Shown here one piece after another: positions 49,712 to 60,271 of a stretch of 64,000 nt of DNA (position 1 is its first letter; every line of letters begins with the position of its first letter). The notes beneath the pieces were generated by a model. The model was not told where the DNA came from and made no database searches. It saw nothing but the letters and a program-made list of their open reading frames with translations. This stretch comes from Archangium sp. (GTDB lineage: Bacteria > Myxococcota > Myxococcia > Myxococcales > Myxococcaceae), in contig JANLPS010000514.1 of the NCBI GenBank assembly GCA_031367385.1, positions 1-64,000 on the forward strand, read 5' to 3'. Made by a program: the position numbers and the translations under genes.

Positions 49712-51463
49712 TTAGTGAAAGTCGCTCTCGGCGGTTCTGAACACCGGGTAGAGATTGAAGGTCGCGTCGAAGCTCGGGTGTCGCGAGGTGAAAAAAGCCA
49801 AGCGCGCCTCGGAGTCTTTCGCGAAGGCCGGGTCTTTGAGCCGCAGCTCGAACTCGGTCTTGATCGTGGCGTCTGTGAGCAGCTCTCGCGCGTATTCTTC
49901 GGCGACGTAGTCTTCGAGGTATTCTTTCTGCTCGAGGTGCGCGTTGAAGAACCCCCACGAGAGCAGCGAGTCGGCCGACGCGGGCTCGAGGAGGTGCATC
50001 AGCACGGTCAGGTGCGCCTGGGCGGTGGGCACGAACAGCGAGCCCACTCCGAGGTCGCGCACATCGGCGCGCCAGGTGCCCTTGGTGGTTACCGTTTGAT
50101 GGCCTTCTTGCGATTTCGGGCTCAGGGTGGCTTCGAGCCGCACGCTCTCGACCTTGGCGGCCTTTCGCGGCGTTTTCAGCGTCACGAAGCGAAAGCCATG
50201 GAGCTTGAGCTTCTGGGCAACCAGGGCCGCGTCTTCAGCCGGCACCAGGTACCCGCCCTTCGGCGACGTCAGCTTCAAGGCTGGAGTCACCTCGTCGTAA
50301 TACGGCACCTTCCACGTCTCGGGCTTCGAGTCGTCGTAGCGAACCCACGGCTTGTTGCTCACTTGCGAGTTTTCAATGGTGTAGGCGTAGCCGAGAAACT
50401 CGAGCTCCTTGGGGTGCTTGGTGGGCTCGTACGAGAGCACCACGTCGGTGCCTGCACGCTTGAGATCGGCCGCGTCAGCCTCGTTCGCCGCCTTGAGCCA
50501 CCGCGCCCCGTCTTCGCTCGCCAGCCGCAGCAACCCAGCGCAGGCATCGAAGGTCACCTTGACCCGGGTGGCGTAGTTCTTCCACGAGTGGGCCTCGACC
50601 AACACGCCGTAGCGGTTGTTCGCCGTCCAGTACGCGGTCGCGAAGCGCAGCGGAGACCAGCCGTAGGCGAAGCCTGACTTCGGGTCGTCGTCGATCAAAA
50701 ACTGAGGGTAGAACTCGACCGGCAGGTGGCCCTTCTCTTTGAGCTCTGCGGTGAGCGCGACGTGCATCGCCTTGCCGTAGCTGCGCAAGGCTTCGGGCCC
50801 GGTCTGGTACGGCTCGAAGAACACCGCGACGTCATGCTGAAACTTCGCGCCGTCGGTCACATGAAGGTCGACGTACATCACCGGGTCGTACCGGTGCAGC
50901 AGCGTGAGCATCGCCTGCATCTCGGGTGCATCGGCCTTCATGTAGTCGCGATTCAAGTTGTAGTTGTTCGCGGTCACCCGCCAGCCCTTCTCAGCCGGGC
51001 CAATCTGGTTGGGCCTGTTGTTCGGGCCGAACCGCTCGTGGCCATCGATGTTGAAGACCGGCACGAAGATCAGGGTCAGCTTGCTCAACGCGCCCGGTAA
51101 CAGCGAGCCATCGAGCAGGCCTCGCAACACTTCGAAGCCCGCGTCTTTGCCGTCGATTTCACCCGCATGAATGCCGGCTTGAATCAGCACCACCGGGCGC
51201 TGCTTCTTCGCGCACTCATCAGCGCTGAAGGTGCCATCACCCGACGCCACCAGCATCAACATCGGCCTGCCTTGCGGAGTCGTGCCGAACTTTTCGCACT
51301 TCACTTTGCCCGCGAACGCCTTCGGGTACGCTGCGCACAGGGCCTCGACCTCGGCGTAGCGCCCAGTGCGGAGATACTTGGTGGTCTCGGCCGTGGTGGT
51401 CAGAGCAGGCGGTGCGACAGCGGCGAGAACGAGCAGAGAGAGGGAGAGCACGATGGGGCGCAC
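49712..51463 (-). CDS. Secreted M14 zinc carboxypeptidase
   Basis: GIHAGEIDGK, NIDGHER, NLNRD and DLHVTDG. Confidence 0.9.
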   Translation of the reverse strand: MRPIVLSLSLLVLAAVAPPALTTTAETTKYLRTGRYAEVEALCAAYPKAFAGKVKCEKFGTTPQGRPMLMLVASGDGTFSADECAKKQRPVVLIQAGIHAGEIDGKDAGFEVLRGLLDGSLLPGALSKLTLIFVPVFNIDGHERFGPNNRPNQIGPAEKGWRVTANNYNLNRDYMKADAPEMQAMLTLLHRYDPVMYVDLHVTDGAKFQHDVAVFFEPYQTGPEALRSYGKAMHVALTAELKEKGHLPVEFYPQFLIDDDPKSGFAYGWSPLRFATAYWTANNRYGVLVEAHSWKNYATRVKVTFDACAGLLRLASEDGARWLKAANEADAADLKRAGTDVVLSYEPTKHPKELEFLGYAYTIENSQVSNKPWVRYDDSKPETWKVPYYDEVTPALKLTSPKGGYLVPAEDAALVAQKLKLHGFRFVTLKTPRKAAKVESVRLEATLSPKSQEGHQTVTTKGTWRADVRDLGVGSLFVPTAQAHLTVLMHLLEPASADSLLSWGFFNAHLEQKEYLEDYVAEEYARELLTDATIKTEFELRLKDPAFAKDSEARLAFFTSRHPSFDATFNLYPVFRTAESDFH

Positions 51464-51489
51464 CCTACTCTTCGGCCATTGCCCGGCAA

Positions 51490-54400
51490 TCAGCGATTGA
51501 TCACGAAGGCGCAGGCCGAATCGAGCGTCACCGTGGTGCCCGCCAGCGCTTTGAGCAGATGATCGCAGTCGTTGAGCTCGGTCACCAGGGCGAGCTCGAC
51601 CTTCGCTTCAGGCAGACCCTGGTGCTCGAGCGCCAGCCGAATGCGAACCATCGCCAGATCTCGCTCGTCTTCGATGGCCTCTTTCGCCGACGCGAGCAGC
51701 TTGGTCAGCTTGGCCACCGCGGCCTTGCCCGCCACCTGCACCGCCTCGTCGAGAAACGTCGGCAGCTCGGGAAAAGCGGCTGGCAATTCACTCGCCTTGA
51801 TTGATCTGCCGTCGGTGTCTTTGAGCGTCGAGAGCAGCTGGGTGTCGACCTTCGGCTTGCCGTCGGGGCCTCGAATCACTGCGACGTGCACCAACATCGA
51901 GTCGAGAAATCGTGAGAGTTGGCGTGAAGGCACGCGAGCCCCTGGCGTCGTGTCGGCGGGCTCAGGTGGCGTGACGTGAAACATGAACTCGACCCCGCGC
52001 GCTCGAATCGGAGCCCGCACGTCGAGAAACCGCGCCCCATTTCGGCCGTACGGGCCATCGCGCAAGAAGCCGAACAACGCTTCGATGAACGGGTGGCCGG
52101 TGGCGAAGTATTCGATCTCTTCTTGCTCGACGGCGGTGTCGCGCCAGAAGGTGCCCAGCACCGTGCGCTCTTCGGTGATGTCGAAGCCGGGCAACGCCTC
52201 GACGTTGAGCGCGTGGCCCAGGTGAAAGGCGGCCTGAAAGGCGTCGACCTCTTGATCGGTGTCGACTCGAATGCCGATGCGGTCGGCCAGCTCGGTGATG
52301 CACTCTTCGAGTCGCTCATCGAGATCGCGCGCCACGCCCCAGAGCCGGTCTTCGATGGCGTCGGCATCGTCAGAGTCGACGGCGGCCCGTGCCTCGGCGC
52401 GACCCACCAAATCGCTGACCGCTGCCTTGTCGAAGCTGCGCAGGTCGAGCAGCGGGTCGTAGGCCTTCTTCACCTGCTCGCGGGCCTTCGAGACCTTGGT
52501 TTTGAGCTCGGCCACGTAGGCCGCACGCGCCTTGGGCTCTGCCAGCGCGAGCTCGGTCAGCCTGGGTTCGACGTCTTCGAGCACCGCGTCGAGGCCACCG
52601 ACGGTTTCACCGAAGACGCCAACTGCGTCGCGCAAGACCGCCAGCACGTCGGCGCTGAAGGTGCCGAGCGCTTCGAAGACGTGAATGTCGACCGGCTTCG
52701 ATTGACCGATGCGATCGAGACGGCCGATGCGTTGCTCGACGGTCGAGGGGCTCCATGGCAGGTCGTAGTGCACCAGGTGATGGGCGAACTGAAAGTTGCG
52801 GCCCTCGCCACCGACCTCGGTGCAGAGCAAGATCTTCGGGCCCTCGGGGTCGCGAAAGCGCGCGACCTGTCGGTCTCGTTCGACCAGCGGTAAATCGCCG
52901 TGGTACGCGAGCGCCTCGACATGATCATTTCGCAGCTTCTGCTGCAGGCTCTCGAGCGTGTCGCGGGCTTCGGTGAAGACCAAAACCTTCGCGTTCTTCT
53001 CTTTGGCCCAGATGTCTTTGAGCACCTTCGAGAACGCCACGAACTTCGCGTCGCGGTCGGGCAGCACCGTGCGCATGCCGGTCAACGCCTTGTTGCCGCG
53101 CACCGCCGCCATGAAAGCCGCGGGTGACGACTCGAGCCGGCGAATCAGGTTCGAGAGCGCCGCCCCGCGCAGGGTGCCGTCGCTCGCCAATTGAGCCAGC
53201 GCAGCTTCGCGCGCCGCCAGCTCGTCACTGCCCAGCTCGACGTTGTGCACGTGGAGCTTGCGCTCCGAGAACCCGCCCACCACCGCGCGGCGATTTCGAA
53301 TCAAGCGATCTGAGAGCGAGTAGGTCTCGGCCAGGTGCGAGAGCATCTGATCGGGGTCGTCGATTTCTTGCAGCGACTCGTCATGGGGGAACTTGGCCGC
53401 GAGCTCCTTGACCGCCGTTGCCGTTTTCTTGCCCGAGAGCAACGCGCGAATCGCCTTGGAGAGCTCTTCTTGCCGGGCCAGCCGGGCTTCGAAGTCTTTC
53501 GCCGACGGTGCCGTGACTGGGTCGATCAACGAGAGCAGCGCCTGATACTCGGCCGGGTCGAGCTGCATCGGAGTCGCCGTCAGCAGCAGCAAACCCCAGC
53601 TGTTCTTCGCGAGCGCCTTCGCCGCTTCGTACGCCTTGTCGCCTTTGAGGTGATGCGCTTCGTCGATGATCACCAGATCCCAACCGGCTTTCGGGTCTCC
53701 GGTCTCTTTGCGGTGCTGTTCCGAGCGCTGCAGCAGCTCGAGGCTGGTGACGACGAGCTCGAAGCGGGCCCAGGGCGAGACCGTCGGCTGCTCGTCGATC
53801 GACTGCTCGTAGCGCTCCGTGTCCATCAAGGTGAAGAGCTGGTTGAACTTATGAAAGAGCTCGACCAGCCACTGCACCGTGAGGTGGCTCGGAGCGACCA
53901 CCAGCACTCGCCGGGCGAGCCCCGCCAGCCGCAACGCTGAGAAAATCATGCCCGCTTCGATGGTCTTGCCCAAGCCGACTTCATCGGCCAACACGAACCG
54001 GGGCCGGCGCGCGGAGAGCACCCGCTGCACCACGCCCACCTGGTGCGGCTTGACCATCACCCGCGAGGCGAGCAGCGCTCCGAGCGCATCGTTGCGGCGC
54101 TCGTCGTCGAGCTGGAGCGCGGCCCGGCGCAGCACGAAGTTCTTCGCGTCACCCACCCGCCCTTCTTTGAGCATCGCAATCAGATCAGGCTTGGGCGGCT
54201 GGGCCCGAACGTCGAGCTCGATCATCTCGGTCTCGGTGCCGTCTTCGAGCTTGAGCGAGTAGAAATACAGGCCGCGGGCCACCGGCTCGCTCGCGGTGAC
54301 CACTGCGTTGAGCCCCGACTTGGTTCGCACCGCATCGCCCTGCCTGAGCACCGCGTGCACCAACGTGCCGCCGCGGGTGGTGACCAGAATCGGAGCCCCC

Positions 54401-54525
54401 GCATCGCGCGCCGGAAAGCTGACCTGCGCCTTGGTGTTGTTGTCTTCGAGTGAAAGCAAATGGCCGACACCCCACTCGGGCTGTGGCAAGTACTTCACTT
54501 TCATTCCGATGCTGAGCTGGCTCAT
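51490..54525 (-). CDS. RapA/HepA-like SNF2 ATPase
   Basis: LADEVGLGKT, DEAHH, LTATP, EGRNFQF and EQRIGRLDRIGQ, with a RapA-like C-terminus. Confidence 0.88.
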   Translation of the reverse strand: MSQLSIGMKVKYLPQPEWGVGHLLSLEDNNTKAQVSFPARDAGAPILVTTRGGTLVHAVLRQGDAVRTKSGLNAVVTASEPVARGLYFYSLKLEDGTETEMIELDVRAQPPKPDLIAMLKEGRVGDAKNFVLRRAALQLDDERRNDALGALLASRVMVKPHQVGVVQRVLSARRPRFVLADEVGLGKTIEAGMIFSALRLAGLARRVLVVAPSHLTVQWLVELFHKFNQLFTLMDTERYEQSIDEQPTVSPWARFELVVTSLELLQRSEQHRKETGDPKAGWDLVIIDEAHHLKGDKAYEAAKALAKNSWGLLLLTATPMQLDPAEYQALLSLIDPVTAPSAKDFEARLARQEELSKAIRALLSGKKTATAVKELAAKFPHDESLQEIDDPDQMLSHLAETYSLSDRLIRNRRAVVGGFSERKLHVHNVELGSDELAAREAALAQLASDGTLRGAALSNLIRRLESSPAAFMAAVRGNKALTGMRTVLPDRDAKFVAFSKVLKDIWAKEKNAKVLVFTEARDTLESLQQKLRNDHVEALAYHGDLPLVERDRQVARFRDPEGPKILLCTEVGGEGRNFQFAHHLVHYDLPWSPSTVEQRIGRLDRIGQSKPVDIHVFEALGTFSADVLAVLRDAVGVFGETVGGLDAVLEDVEPRLTELALAEPKARAAYVAELKTKVSKAREQVKKAYDPLLDLRSFDKAAVSDLVGRAEARAAVDSDDADAIEDRLWGVARDLDERLEECITELADRIGIRVDTDQEVDAFQAAFHLGHALNVEALPGFDITEERTVLGTFWRDTAVEQEEIEYFATGHPFIEALFGFLRDGPYGRNGARFLDVRAPIRARGVEFMFHVTPPEPADTTPGARVPSRQLSRFLDSMLVHVAVIRGPDGKPKVDTQLLSTLKDTDGRSIKASELPAAFPELPTFLDEAVQVAGKAAVAKLTKLLASAKEAIEDERDLAMVRIRLALEHQGLPEAKVELALVTELNDCDHLLKALAGTTVTLDSACAFVINR

Positions 54526-54565
54526 TTGCTGGCGGGGGACATAGCGGCTCGAGGGGCCAATCGCA

Positions 54566-55807
54566 CTAGTCTCGAACGCTGGCCGCATACCTGGCGCGGG
54601 GTCGAATCGTCGTGCCGCTCAGCCGTTGCTCGAGCACGTGGGCGACCCAACCCGCCATTCGGCCTACGGCAAACATCGCGCCAGCCGACCCTGGGCCAAA
54701 CCCGAGGGCACGAGCGACCGCGACCAGCCCGAAGTCAATCGAAGGCGACTCGCTGGTGTGCTTGGCCGCGGCGTTCACGGTGGCCTCGATCACCGCCATT
54801 CGGCTGCGCTGGCGCGAGACTCGCAGCGCCGCCGCAACGAGTGGAGGCCCCCGGGGGTCGCCCGCGGGGTAGGCCATCGGCTCGAACCCTGGCACGGGTT
54901 CTCCGCGAGATTGGCGGGCTCGAAGCTGCGCCGCGGCCCGCTCGGGTGTCTCGATGTCAGACAGCATGGCCTCGACCCGGTCACAGGCGCCGCCATGACG
55001 AGGGCCTGAGAGCGTCGCCAACGCCGCGCACACACACGCGTAGAGGTCACACCCGGCGGAGGCCGCGATTCGAGCAGCGAAGGTAGAGGCGTTCAATTCG
55101 TGATCGGCGCTGAGCACCAAGGCCATGTTCACCGCGGCCTCTTCTTCGGTTGAGAGCGGCGAGCCACGCAGTGACAAACCCAACGTCGAGGCAATCGACG
55201 CGTACTGTTTGTGCGCACGGTCGGCGAAGGGCCCCGAGCGCTCGGCGAGCAGGCGAATCAGGGCCCGCGCCCGCTCGAGCTCAGCGTCGGGCGTGGCTCC
55301 GAAGCGGAGCTCGTCAGTCTGCGCCACGGTCGCGACCAGCGTGAGCAGGCGGCTCAAAGTCGCTCCGGGGCCTGGGGGAGGCATTCGCAGCCAGCCGGGC
55401 GCCTTGGAGGCGAGCGGCCAGGGCGAGAAATTGTTCGACGCCCACAACCATTCGGCGCAGGCCTCGAAGGTGGTGCCCTTGCCCGCCAGCTCGACCGCAT
55501 TCGACCCGCGATATTCGGGCCCAGCCTCGGTGATCGCGCTGACCGCGGTATCGAGCACTGGCTCACCCCAGCGCAATGCACCCGCCGCGACGGCGGTGTG
55601 CCCCGACCGCGCCCGGGCTCGGAGCTTGAGCCGCTCGACCGCCGAGCGCGGGTACAGGGCTCGCGCGCCGGGCCCCTTGGTGGCGCGACCGAGCCAGCCA
55701 CGGCTCGCATACGCGTACACGGTGGCGCGCTTGACCCCGAGTAGCTTCGCGGCCTCCGCGGCGGTGAGAAAGGGCGAAGGTTGATTGTCGAATCCACGTT
55801 GATTCAT
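54566..55807 (-). CDS. HTH-fused citrate-synthase-fold protein (probable regulator/pseudoenzyme)
   Basis: N-terminal LTAAEAAKLLGVKRATVYAYASRG HTH; CS fold with DHELNAS and GPRHGG, but GFEP in place of GFGH. Confidence 0.85.
   Translation of the reverse strand: MNQRGFDNQPSPFLTAAEAAKLLGVKRATVYAYASRGWLGRATKGPGARALYPRSAVERLKLRARARSGHTAVAAGALRWGEPVLDTAVSAITEAGPEYRGSNAVELAGKGTTFEACAEWLWASNNFSPWPLASKAPGWLRMPPPGPGATLSRLLTLVATVAQTDELRFGATPDAELERARALIRLLAERSGPFADRAHKQYASIASTLGLSLRGSPLSTEEEAAVNMALVLSADHELNASTFAARIAASAGCDLYACVCAALATLSGPRHGGACDRVEAMLSDIETPERAAAQLRARQSRGEPVPGFEPMAYPAGDPRGPPLVAAALRVSRQRSRMAVIEATVNAAAKHTSESPSIDFGLVAVARALGFGPGSAGAMFAVGRMAGWVAHVLEQRLSGTTIRPRARYAASVRD
55781..55806. promoter_or_regulatory. 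Putative operator between the divergent citrate-synthase-like genes
   Basis: TTGATTGTCGAATCCACGTTGATTCA: three TTGAT/ATC(C/A)A half-sites in an AT-rich patch. Confidence 0.5.
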
Positions 55808-55853
55808 ATCGTGGCGAGCGTACTCATGAGTCACCCATTTTGGAGGCAGAACC

Positions 55854-56894
55854 ATGAGCAACACCGCGAACCCCGGGCTCGAAGGCGTCGTCGCTGCCGA
55901 GACCCGCTTGAGCCACGTCGATGGAGAAGCCGGCGAGCTGGTCATCAACGGCGAGCACGTCGAGGCCTTGTCTGGCCGCCGCAGCTTCGAGGCCGTCGCC
56001 GCCGGGCTGTGGCAGCGACCCGAGGTCTCGCTGGGAGCGGCCAGAGTGAAGGCCTTTGACCTCATCGCCCCCTTCGACCTCGCCGACGGGATGGATTCGC
56101 TTCGAGCGGCGATGGCTCAATTGCCCGAAACGAGCGACGCCACGCTGGTCACCGCCGCGGTCGGCGTTGCCGCGGTTGGCTGGGCTCGCCGCCGCGCTGG
56201 GTTGCCGGTGCTCAGGCCCGACCCGCAGCTGAGCCACGCCCGAGACTTGGTGCGCATGGTGCGCGGAGAAGATCTGCCGATTCTGGCCGAGGCCCTCGAC
56301 GCCTACCTGGTCGCGGTCATTGACCACGGCATGAACGCCTCCACCTTCACCGCGCGGGTCATCGCCTCAACGGGCTCCGATGTGGTGTCGGCGGTCGTCG
56401 GGGCCATCGGGGCGCTCAAGGGGCCGCTGCACGGAGGCGCTCCTGGGCCCGTGCTCGACATGCTCGATGCGGTGGGCACGGCCGAGAACGCCGAGGCCTG
56501 GCTCGAGGGCGAAGTGACGGCGGGCCGGCGCATCATGGGCATGGGGCACCGCATTTACCGGGTTCGAGACCCGAGGGCGGCCGTGTTAGAGCGGGCCCTC
56601 GAGCGACTCGAGTCGAAGGGCGTGGCCCCCGGCCGCGTGACGCTCGCCCGCGCCATCGAGCGCAGCGCGACGCAGGTGTTGGCTCGCAAGTACCCCAATC
56701 GATCATTGCAGGCGAACGTCGAGTTCTACACCGCGGTGCTGCTCGACACCCTAGGCATGCCGCGAGCGCTGTTCACGCCGCTCTTCGCCGCGGGTCGGGT
56801 CGCCGGGTGGTGCGCGCACTTCGACGAGCAACAGCGCACCGGCAAGCTGATTCGGCCCGCCTCGACCTATGTCGGCCCGATGCCGACAAGCTGA
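55854..56894 (+). CDS. Citrate synthase / methylcitrate synthase family (CitA/CS-I-like)
   Basis: GLEGVVAAET, DHGMNAST, GPLHGGA, MGMGHRIY..DPRA and ANVEFY; GGAGG ribosome binding site. Confidence 0.9.
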   Translation: MSNTANPGLEGVVAAETRLSHVDGEAGELVINGEHVEALSGRRSFEAVAAGLWQRPEVSLGAARVKAFDLIAPFDLADGMDSLRAAMAQLPETSDATLVTAAVGVAAVGWARRRAGLPVLRPDPQLSHARDLVRMVRGEDLPILAEALDAYLVAVIDHGMNASTFTARVIASTGSDVVSAVVGAIGALKGPLHGGAPGPVLDMLDAVGTAENAEAWLEGEVTAGRRIMGMGHRIYRVRDPRAAVLERALERLESKGVAPGRVTLARAIERSATQVLARKYPNRSLQANVEFYTAVLLDTLGMPRALFTPLFAAGRVAGWCAHFDEQQRTGKLIRPASTYVGPMPTS

Positions 56895-56929
56895 TGCGTT
56901 ACGGCGGCAGCCCGAGTACACCTCTCACG

Positions 56930-58138
56930 ATGCTGGTCGAAGTCGTCGCCGTGCCCCTCAGTGCCACGCCGATTCGACTCGGCGCGAGATTCACCGTCAA
57001 AGAGGGAGTACCGCTGATCATCGGCCCCTCACCCCAGGCCCGCATTCGGCTGAGCTCGGCGCCGACCGACAAAGACCTCGTCGTTGATCAACGTGTACCC
57101 GAGTGCGTGGTGCGCACCGACGGGGTGCCGGTGGCATCGGCGGTCAACGGGGTTGCGGTCGAAAAGGGCGCCCAGCGCAAGGTCGAAGCCGGAGACCACC
57201 TCTTCATCACTGGCGGCCTGGTGATTCGCTTCGGGGAGCGGCCCCTCGACCCACGTGACGCAGGCCTCGAACGCACCGTCGCCGACGCCCTCGACCGCGA
57301 TGCGAATTGGCGGGTGTACGACGATTTTCTGCTCGAGCGGGGCGCGCCCCCGAGGCCCGTGGCGGGCTCGATTCGCGAGCTGGGCCCGTTGGCGTTCGCC
57401 CAGGTCTCTGGAGCGATGACCTTCGAGTGGGGCCCACACGGCTTTCTTCGTCGAGCTCAGCTGCTGCGCAACGCAGTCGTCGGCACGCCCGGGCTGTTCT
57501 GGCACCTCGAGCAACTCGCGCACCTCCGCGCGGCGCGGTTCTTGACCCAGCTCGACATCGACTACTTCGTCGGCACGGCCCCTGCGCACGTCGACCGGGC
57601 CTTCGAGAGCAGCGACGCCACGCTGTCGGCGGCCCTCAAAGTGCTCGGCAACTCAGACTTCGCCGCGAGCCTGCGAGTGCTGACGCTGGGGCATGTGGCA
57701 GTGCCGCAGCCGATGGGTCAGGCGAGCGCCACCTTCGAGCACCTGCGGCAGCGCTGGCCGCACCTCGAGGGAGGCTTCACCTCGCTCGTGCACGATGGCG
57801 CCCGCGCTCGGCTCGAGGTGATTGAGGTGCCCAGCGACGTCGCGGTGGTCGGGTTGTCGGTTGGCGAGAGCTGGCAGCTGCCTCCGCACGCCAGCATTGG
57901 CAGCGCCGCCGACGCCCGGTTGCGCTTGTTGGGCGCGAACATTCCTCCGCAGCTGGCGGGCATTCACCGCTCGCGCGAGGGAGCGTGGAGCATCGCGGCC
58001 GAGGGCGTTGATGGCATGTCGAGCGGAGTCTCATCGTCGCTCAAGCTCAACGGCCAGACCGTCGCCTTGGCCGCGCTTCACGGCGGTGACGTCATCGAGC
58101 TGCTGCCAGGCCTGAAGCTGCGATTTCGCCCGGAGTGA
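56930..58138 (+). CDS. FHA-like / TIGR02996-like domain protein
   Basis: Degenerate FHA modules at both ends (VNG...GD; LNG...LHGGDVI) and a central LE...D..WRVYDDFLLERG motif. Confidence 0.6.
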   Translation: MLVEVVAVPLSATPIRLGARFTVKEGVPLIIGPSPQARIRLSSAPTDKDLVVDQRVPECVVRTDGVPVASAVNGVAVEKGAQRKVEAGDHLFITGGLVIRFGERPLDPRDAGLERTVADALDRDANWRVYDDFLLERGAPPRPVAGSIRELGPLAFAQVSGAMTFEWGPHGFLRRAQLLRNAVVGTPGLFWHLEQLAHLRAARFLTQLDIDYFVGTAPAHVDRAFESSDATLSAALKVLGNSDFAASLRVLTLGHVAVPQPMGQASATFEHLRQRWPHLEGGFTSLVHDGARARLEVIEVPSDVAVVGLSVGESWQLPPHASIGSAADARLRLLGANIPPQLAGIHRSREGAWSIAAEGVDGMSSGVSSSLKLNGQTVALAALHGGDVIELLPGLKLRFRPE

Positions 58139-58159
58139 CGGCTGTCGCAGCCCGCTTGA

Positions 58160-58843
58160 TTACCGCGCCCGAAGGTCTTCGAGAACCGTGCCGAACTTCG
58201 ACAGATCAGCCTCGTGACCGGCATCGCGAAATGTCTCGGCGAGCGCCTCGGCGTACCACTGCTTCATCGGGGGCAGCTCGAGCAACGCGGCCGCCACCTT
58301 GGCCGCGGGGGCGCTGAGCTCGAGCGCGTAGCTCTGTACCCGAAACGCCACCGGGCAGAAGAAGGCATCGACCGCGGTGAACTCCGGCCCCGCCAAGAAT
58401 GGGCCTCCGAACCGCGTCACCCCTTCGGTCCACAGCTCGTTGATGCGGGCGAGGTCTCGTTCGAACGCCGCGCTGCGCTGGGTGAGCTTGATTTTCACCC
58501 CACAGCACATCGACGCCGTCTCACGAAGCGCCGCGAACCCGGAGTGCATCTCAGCCGCCGCACATCGCGCCCAGGCTCGAGCCTTCGCATCATTGGGCCA
58601 CACCCAATTGTGGCGCTCGGCGAGGTACTCAGCGATGGCCAGCGAGTCCCACACGGTGTCGCCTGCGTTCACCAGACAGGGCACCCGCCCCGAGGGAGAG
58701 AATATGCGAAACGCGTCGTAGTTGCTCGACCCGCCAAACTGCACCAGGTGCTCGGTGAACTCGATGTTTCGGGCTTTCATCAACACCCAGGGTCGCAGCG
58801 ACCACGACGAATACGCCTTGTTGCCGATGTAGAGCTCGTACAT
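58160..58843 (-). CDS. Glutathione S-transferase family protein
   Basis: GNKAYSSWSLRPW, VWDSLAIAEYLAE and AEMHSGF. Confidence 0.92.
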   Translation of the reverse strand: MYELYIGNKAYSSWSLRPWVLMKARNIEFTEHLVQFGGSSNYDAFRIFSPSGRVPCLVNAGDTVWDSLAIAEYLAERHNWVWPNDAKARAWARCAAAEMHSGFAALRETASMCCGVKIKLTQRSAAFERDLARINELWTEGVTRFGGPFLAGPEFTAVDAFFCPVAFRVQSYALELSAPAAKVAAALLELPPMKQWYAEALAETFRDAGHEADLSKFGTVLEDLRAR

Positions 58844-58850
58844 CTGGTCG

Positions 58851-59633
58851 TTATCGCGAAGTCACCGCGTACTTCCAAGCGCCAAGCACGTGCGCAACGA
58901 TTTCGTCGACCGCCAGGTTCTTCACCACCTGCGAGAACACCACCGGCCCGTCACCTCGCATGCGTTTCGCGTCTCTGGCCATCACCTCGAGGCTCGCTCC
59001 AACCATCGGGGCCAGGTCGGTCTTGTTGATCACCAGCAGATCAGACTGGGTGATGCCGGGGCCGCCTTTGCGCGGCACCTTGTCGCCACCCGCCACGTCG
59101 ATGACGTAAATCGTGTAGTCGACCAGCTCGCGGCTGTACTGGGCAGCGAGGTTGTCGCCTCCGCTCTCGAGCAGCAGCAGCTCGGGCTTCACCGTTCGCA
59201 TCAGGTCTTCGAGCGCGAGCAAATTCGGCGTGATGTCCTCCCGAATGGCCGCGTGGGGGCAGCCGCCAGTCTCGACCGCACGAATTCGGGCCATCGGCAG
59301 CGCGTCGTTGCGCATCAAGAACTCGGCGTCTTCTTTGGTGAAGATGTCGTTGGTCACCACACCCAGCGAATAGTGGGAACGAAGCGCGCGGCACAGCGCC
59401 AGCAACAGCGCCGTCTTGCCCGACCCCACCGGGCCGCCGATGCCCACCGTGAACGACCGCTCGGCATAGTTTCGGTTCAGCGGCTTGTCTCGCTCGTGAA
59501 AGAAGCCCGCGTGCACCCACTGCTCATGGGTATGGCCATGTTCAGCATGCATATGATGTGCATGATTATCATCGCCATGGTGATGATATGTGCCCAGCCC
59601 GCCGTATGCATCTGCCATCGGGTGCTCCTTCAT
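58851..59633 (-). CDS. ureG: Urease accessory GTPase UreG with His-rich N-terminus
   Basis: [23 protein letters not shown] and NKTD. Confidence 0.96.
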   Translation of the reverse strand: MKEHPMADAYGGLGTYHHHGDDNHAHHMHAEHGHTHEQWVHAGFFHERDKPLNRNYAERSFTVGIGGPVGSGKTALLLALCRALRSHYSLGVVTNDIFTKEDAEFLMRNDALPMARIRAVETGGCPHAAIREDITPNLLALEDLMRTVKPELLLLESGGDNLAAQYSRELVDYTIYVIDVAGGDKVPRKGGPGITQSDLLVINKTDLAPMVGASLEVMARDAKRMRGDGPVVFSQVVKNLAVDEIVAHVLGAWKYAVTSR

Positions 59634-60271
59634 GATTGAAACAGCCTCGAATACAGCCGGTCGTGCCCCATCTGCGCGGTCTCGAGCCAGACTGACGTGC
59701 CCGTCGCGTCATCGGCGCGCAGCTCGGCGGTGCTCGCCACCACCTGGGCCACCAGCGCATGCAGCGACCACATCACGGCCTGCGCGCGCAGCGGCCCTAC
59801 GACGCTCAGCCGTACCGCCGCTGACATCGCGCTGCGGAGGGCACCGAAGACGAAGAGCTGACGCGCCTCGGCGAGCGAAAGCCCCACCTCGCGAAACACC
59901 GCCCCGAAGGCTACCGGCAAGTGCGTATTCGGCAGTGAGCTGCGCAACCCCTTCACCGAATCGCGCTCGAAGGTCGCCTGCGCCGCGAGCAAGAACGCGC
60001 CACCCTGAGCCCGGCTGGCCCGGCGTGCCACGTGGTTGACCAAGAACAGCTCGGCCTTCTGGTCGGCGGTGACCGCGTCGTGCAAGTACGCCTCGTTCAA
60101 GAACGGCAGCACGGAGTACCCGGTGTGCCAGAGCAGCTCCCGCAGCCGCACCGTCAACGAGGCCTCTCCACTGAGCGCACCGAACTGCACCAACGCCTCG
60201 AGCCCGGTCGAATGCGCGAACCCGCCCGAGGGGTACGCCGAGTCAGCCAACTGAAGCAGCTGGGTCTGCAT
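59630..60271 (-). CDS. ureF: Urease accessory protein UreF
   Basis: [19 protein letters not shown] and a C-terminal [11 protein letters not shown]. Confidence 0.93.
   Translation of the reverse strand: MQTQLLQLADSAYPSGGFAHSTGLEALVQFGALSGEASLTVRLRELLWHTGYSVLPFLNEAYLHDAVTADQKAELFLVNHVARRASRAQGGAFLLAAQATFERDSVKGLRSSLPNTHLPVAFGAVFREVGLSLAEARQLFVFGALRSAMSAAVRLSVVGPLRAQAVMWSLHALVAQVVASTAELRADDATGTSVWLETAQMGHDRLYSRLFQS

Noticed and set aside
51490..54525. SNF2 helicase as a DISARM/Zorya-type defence component
   Set aside because: It has RapA-like termini and no methylase or other defence genes nearby.
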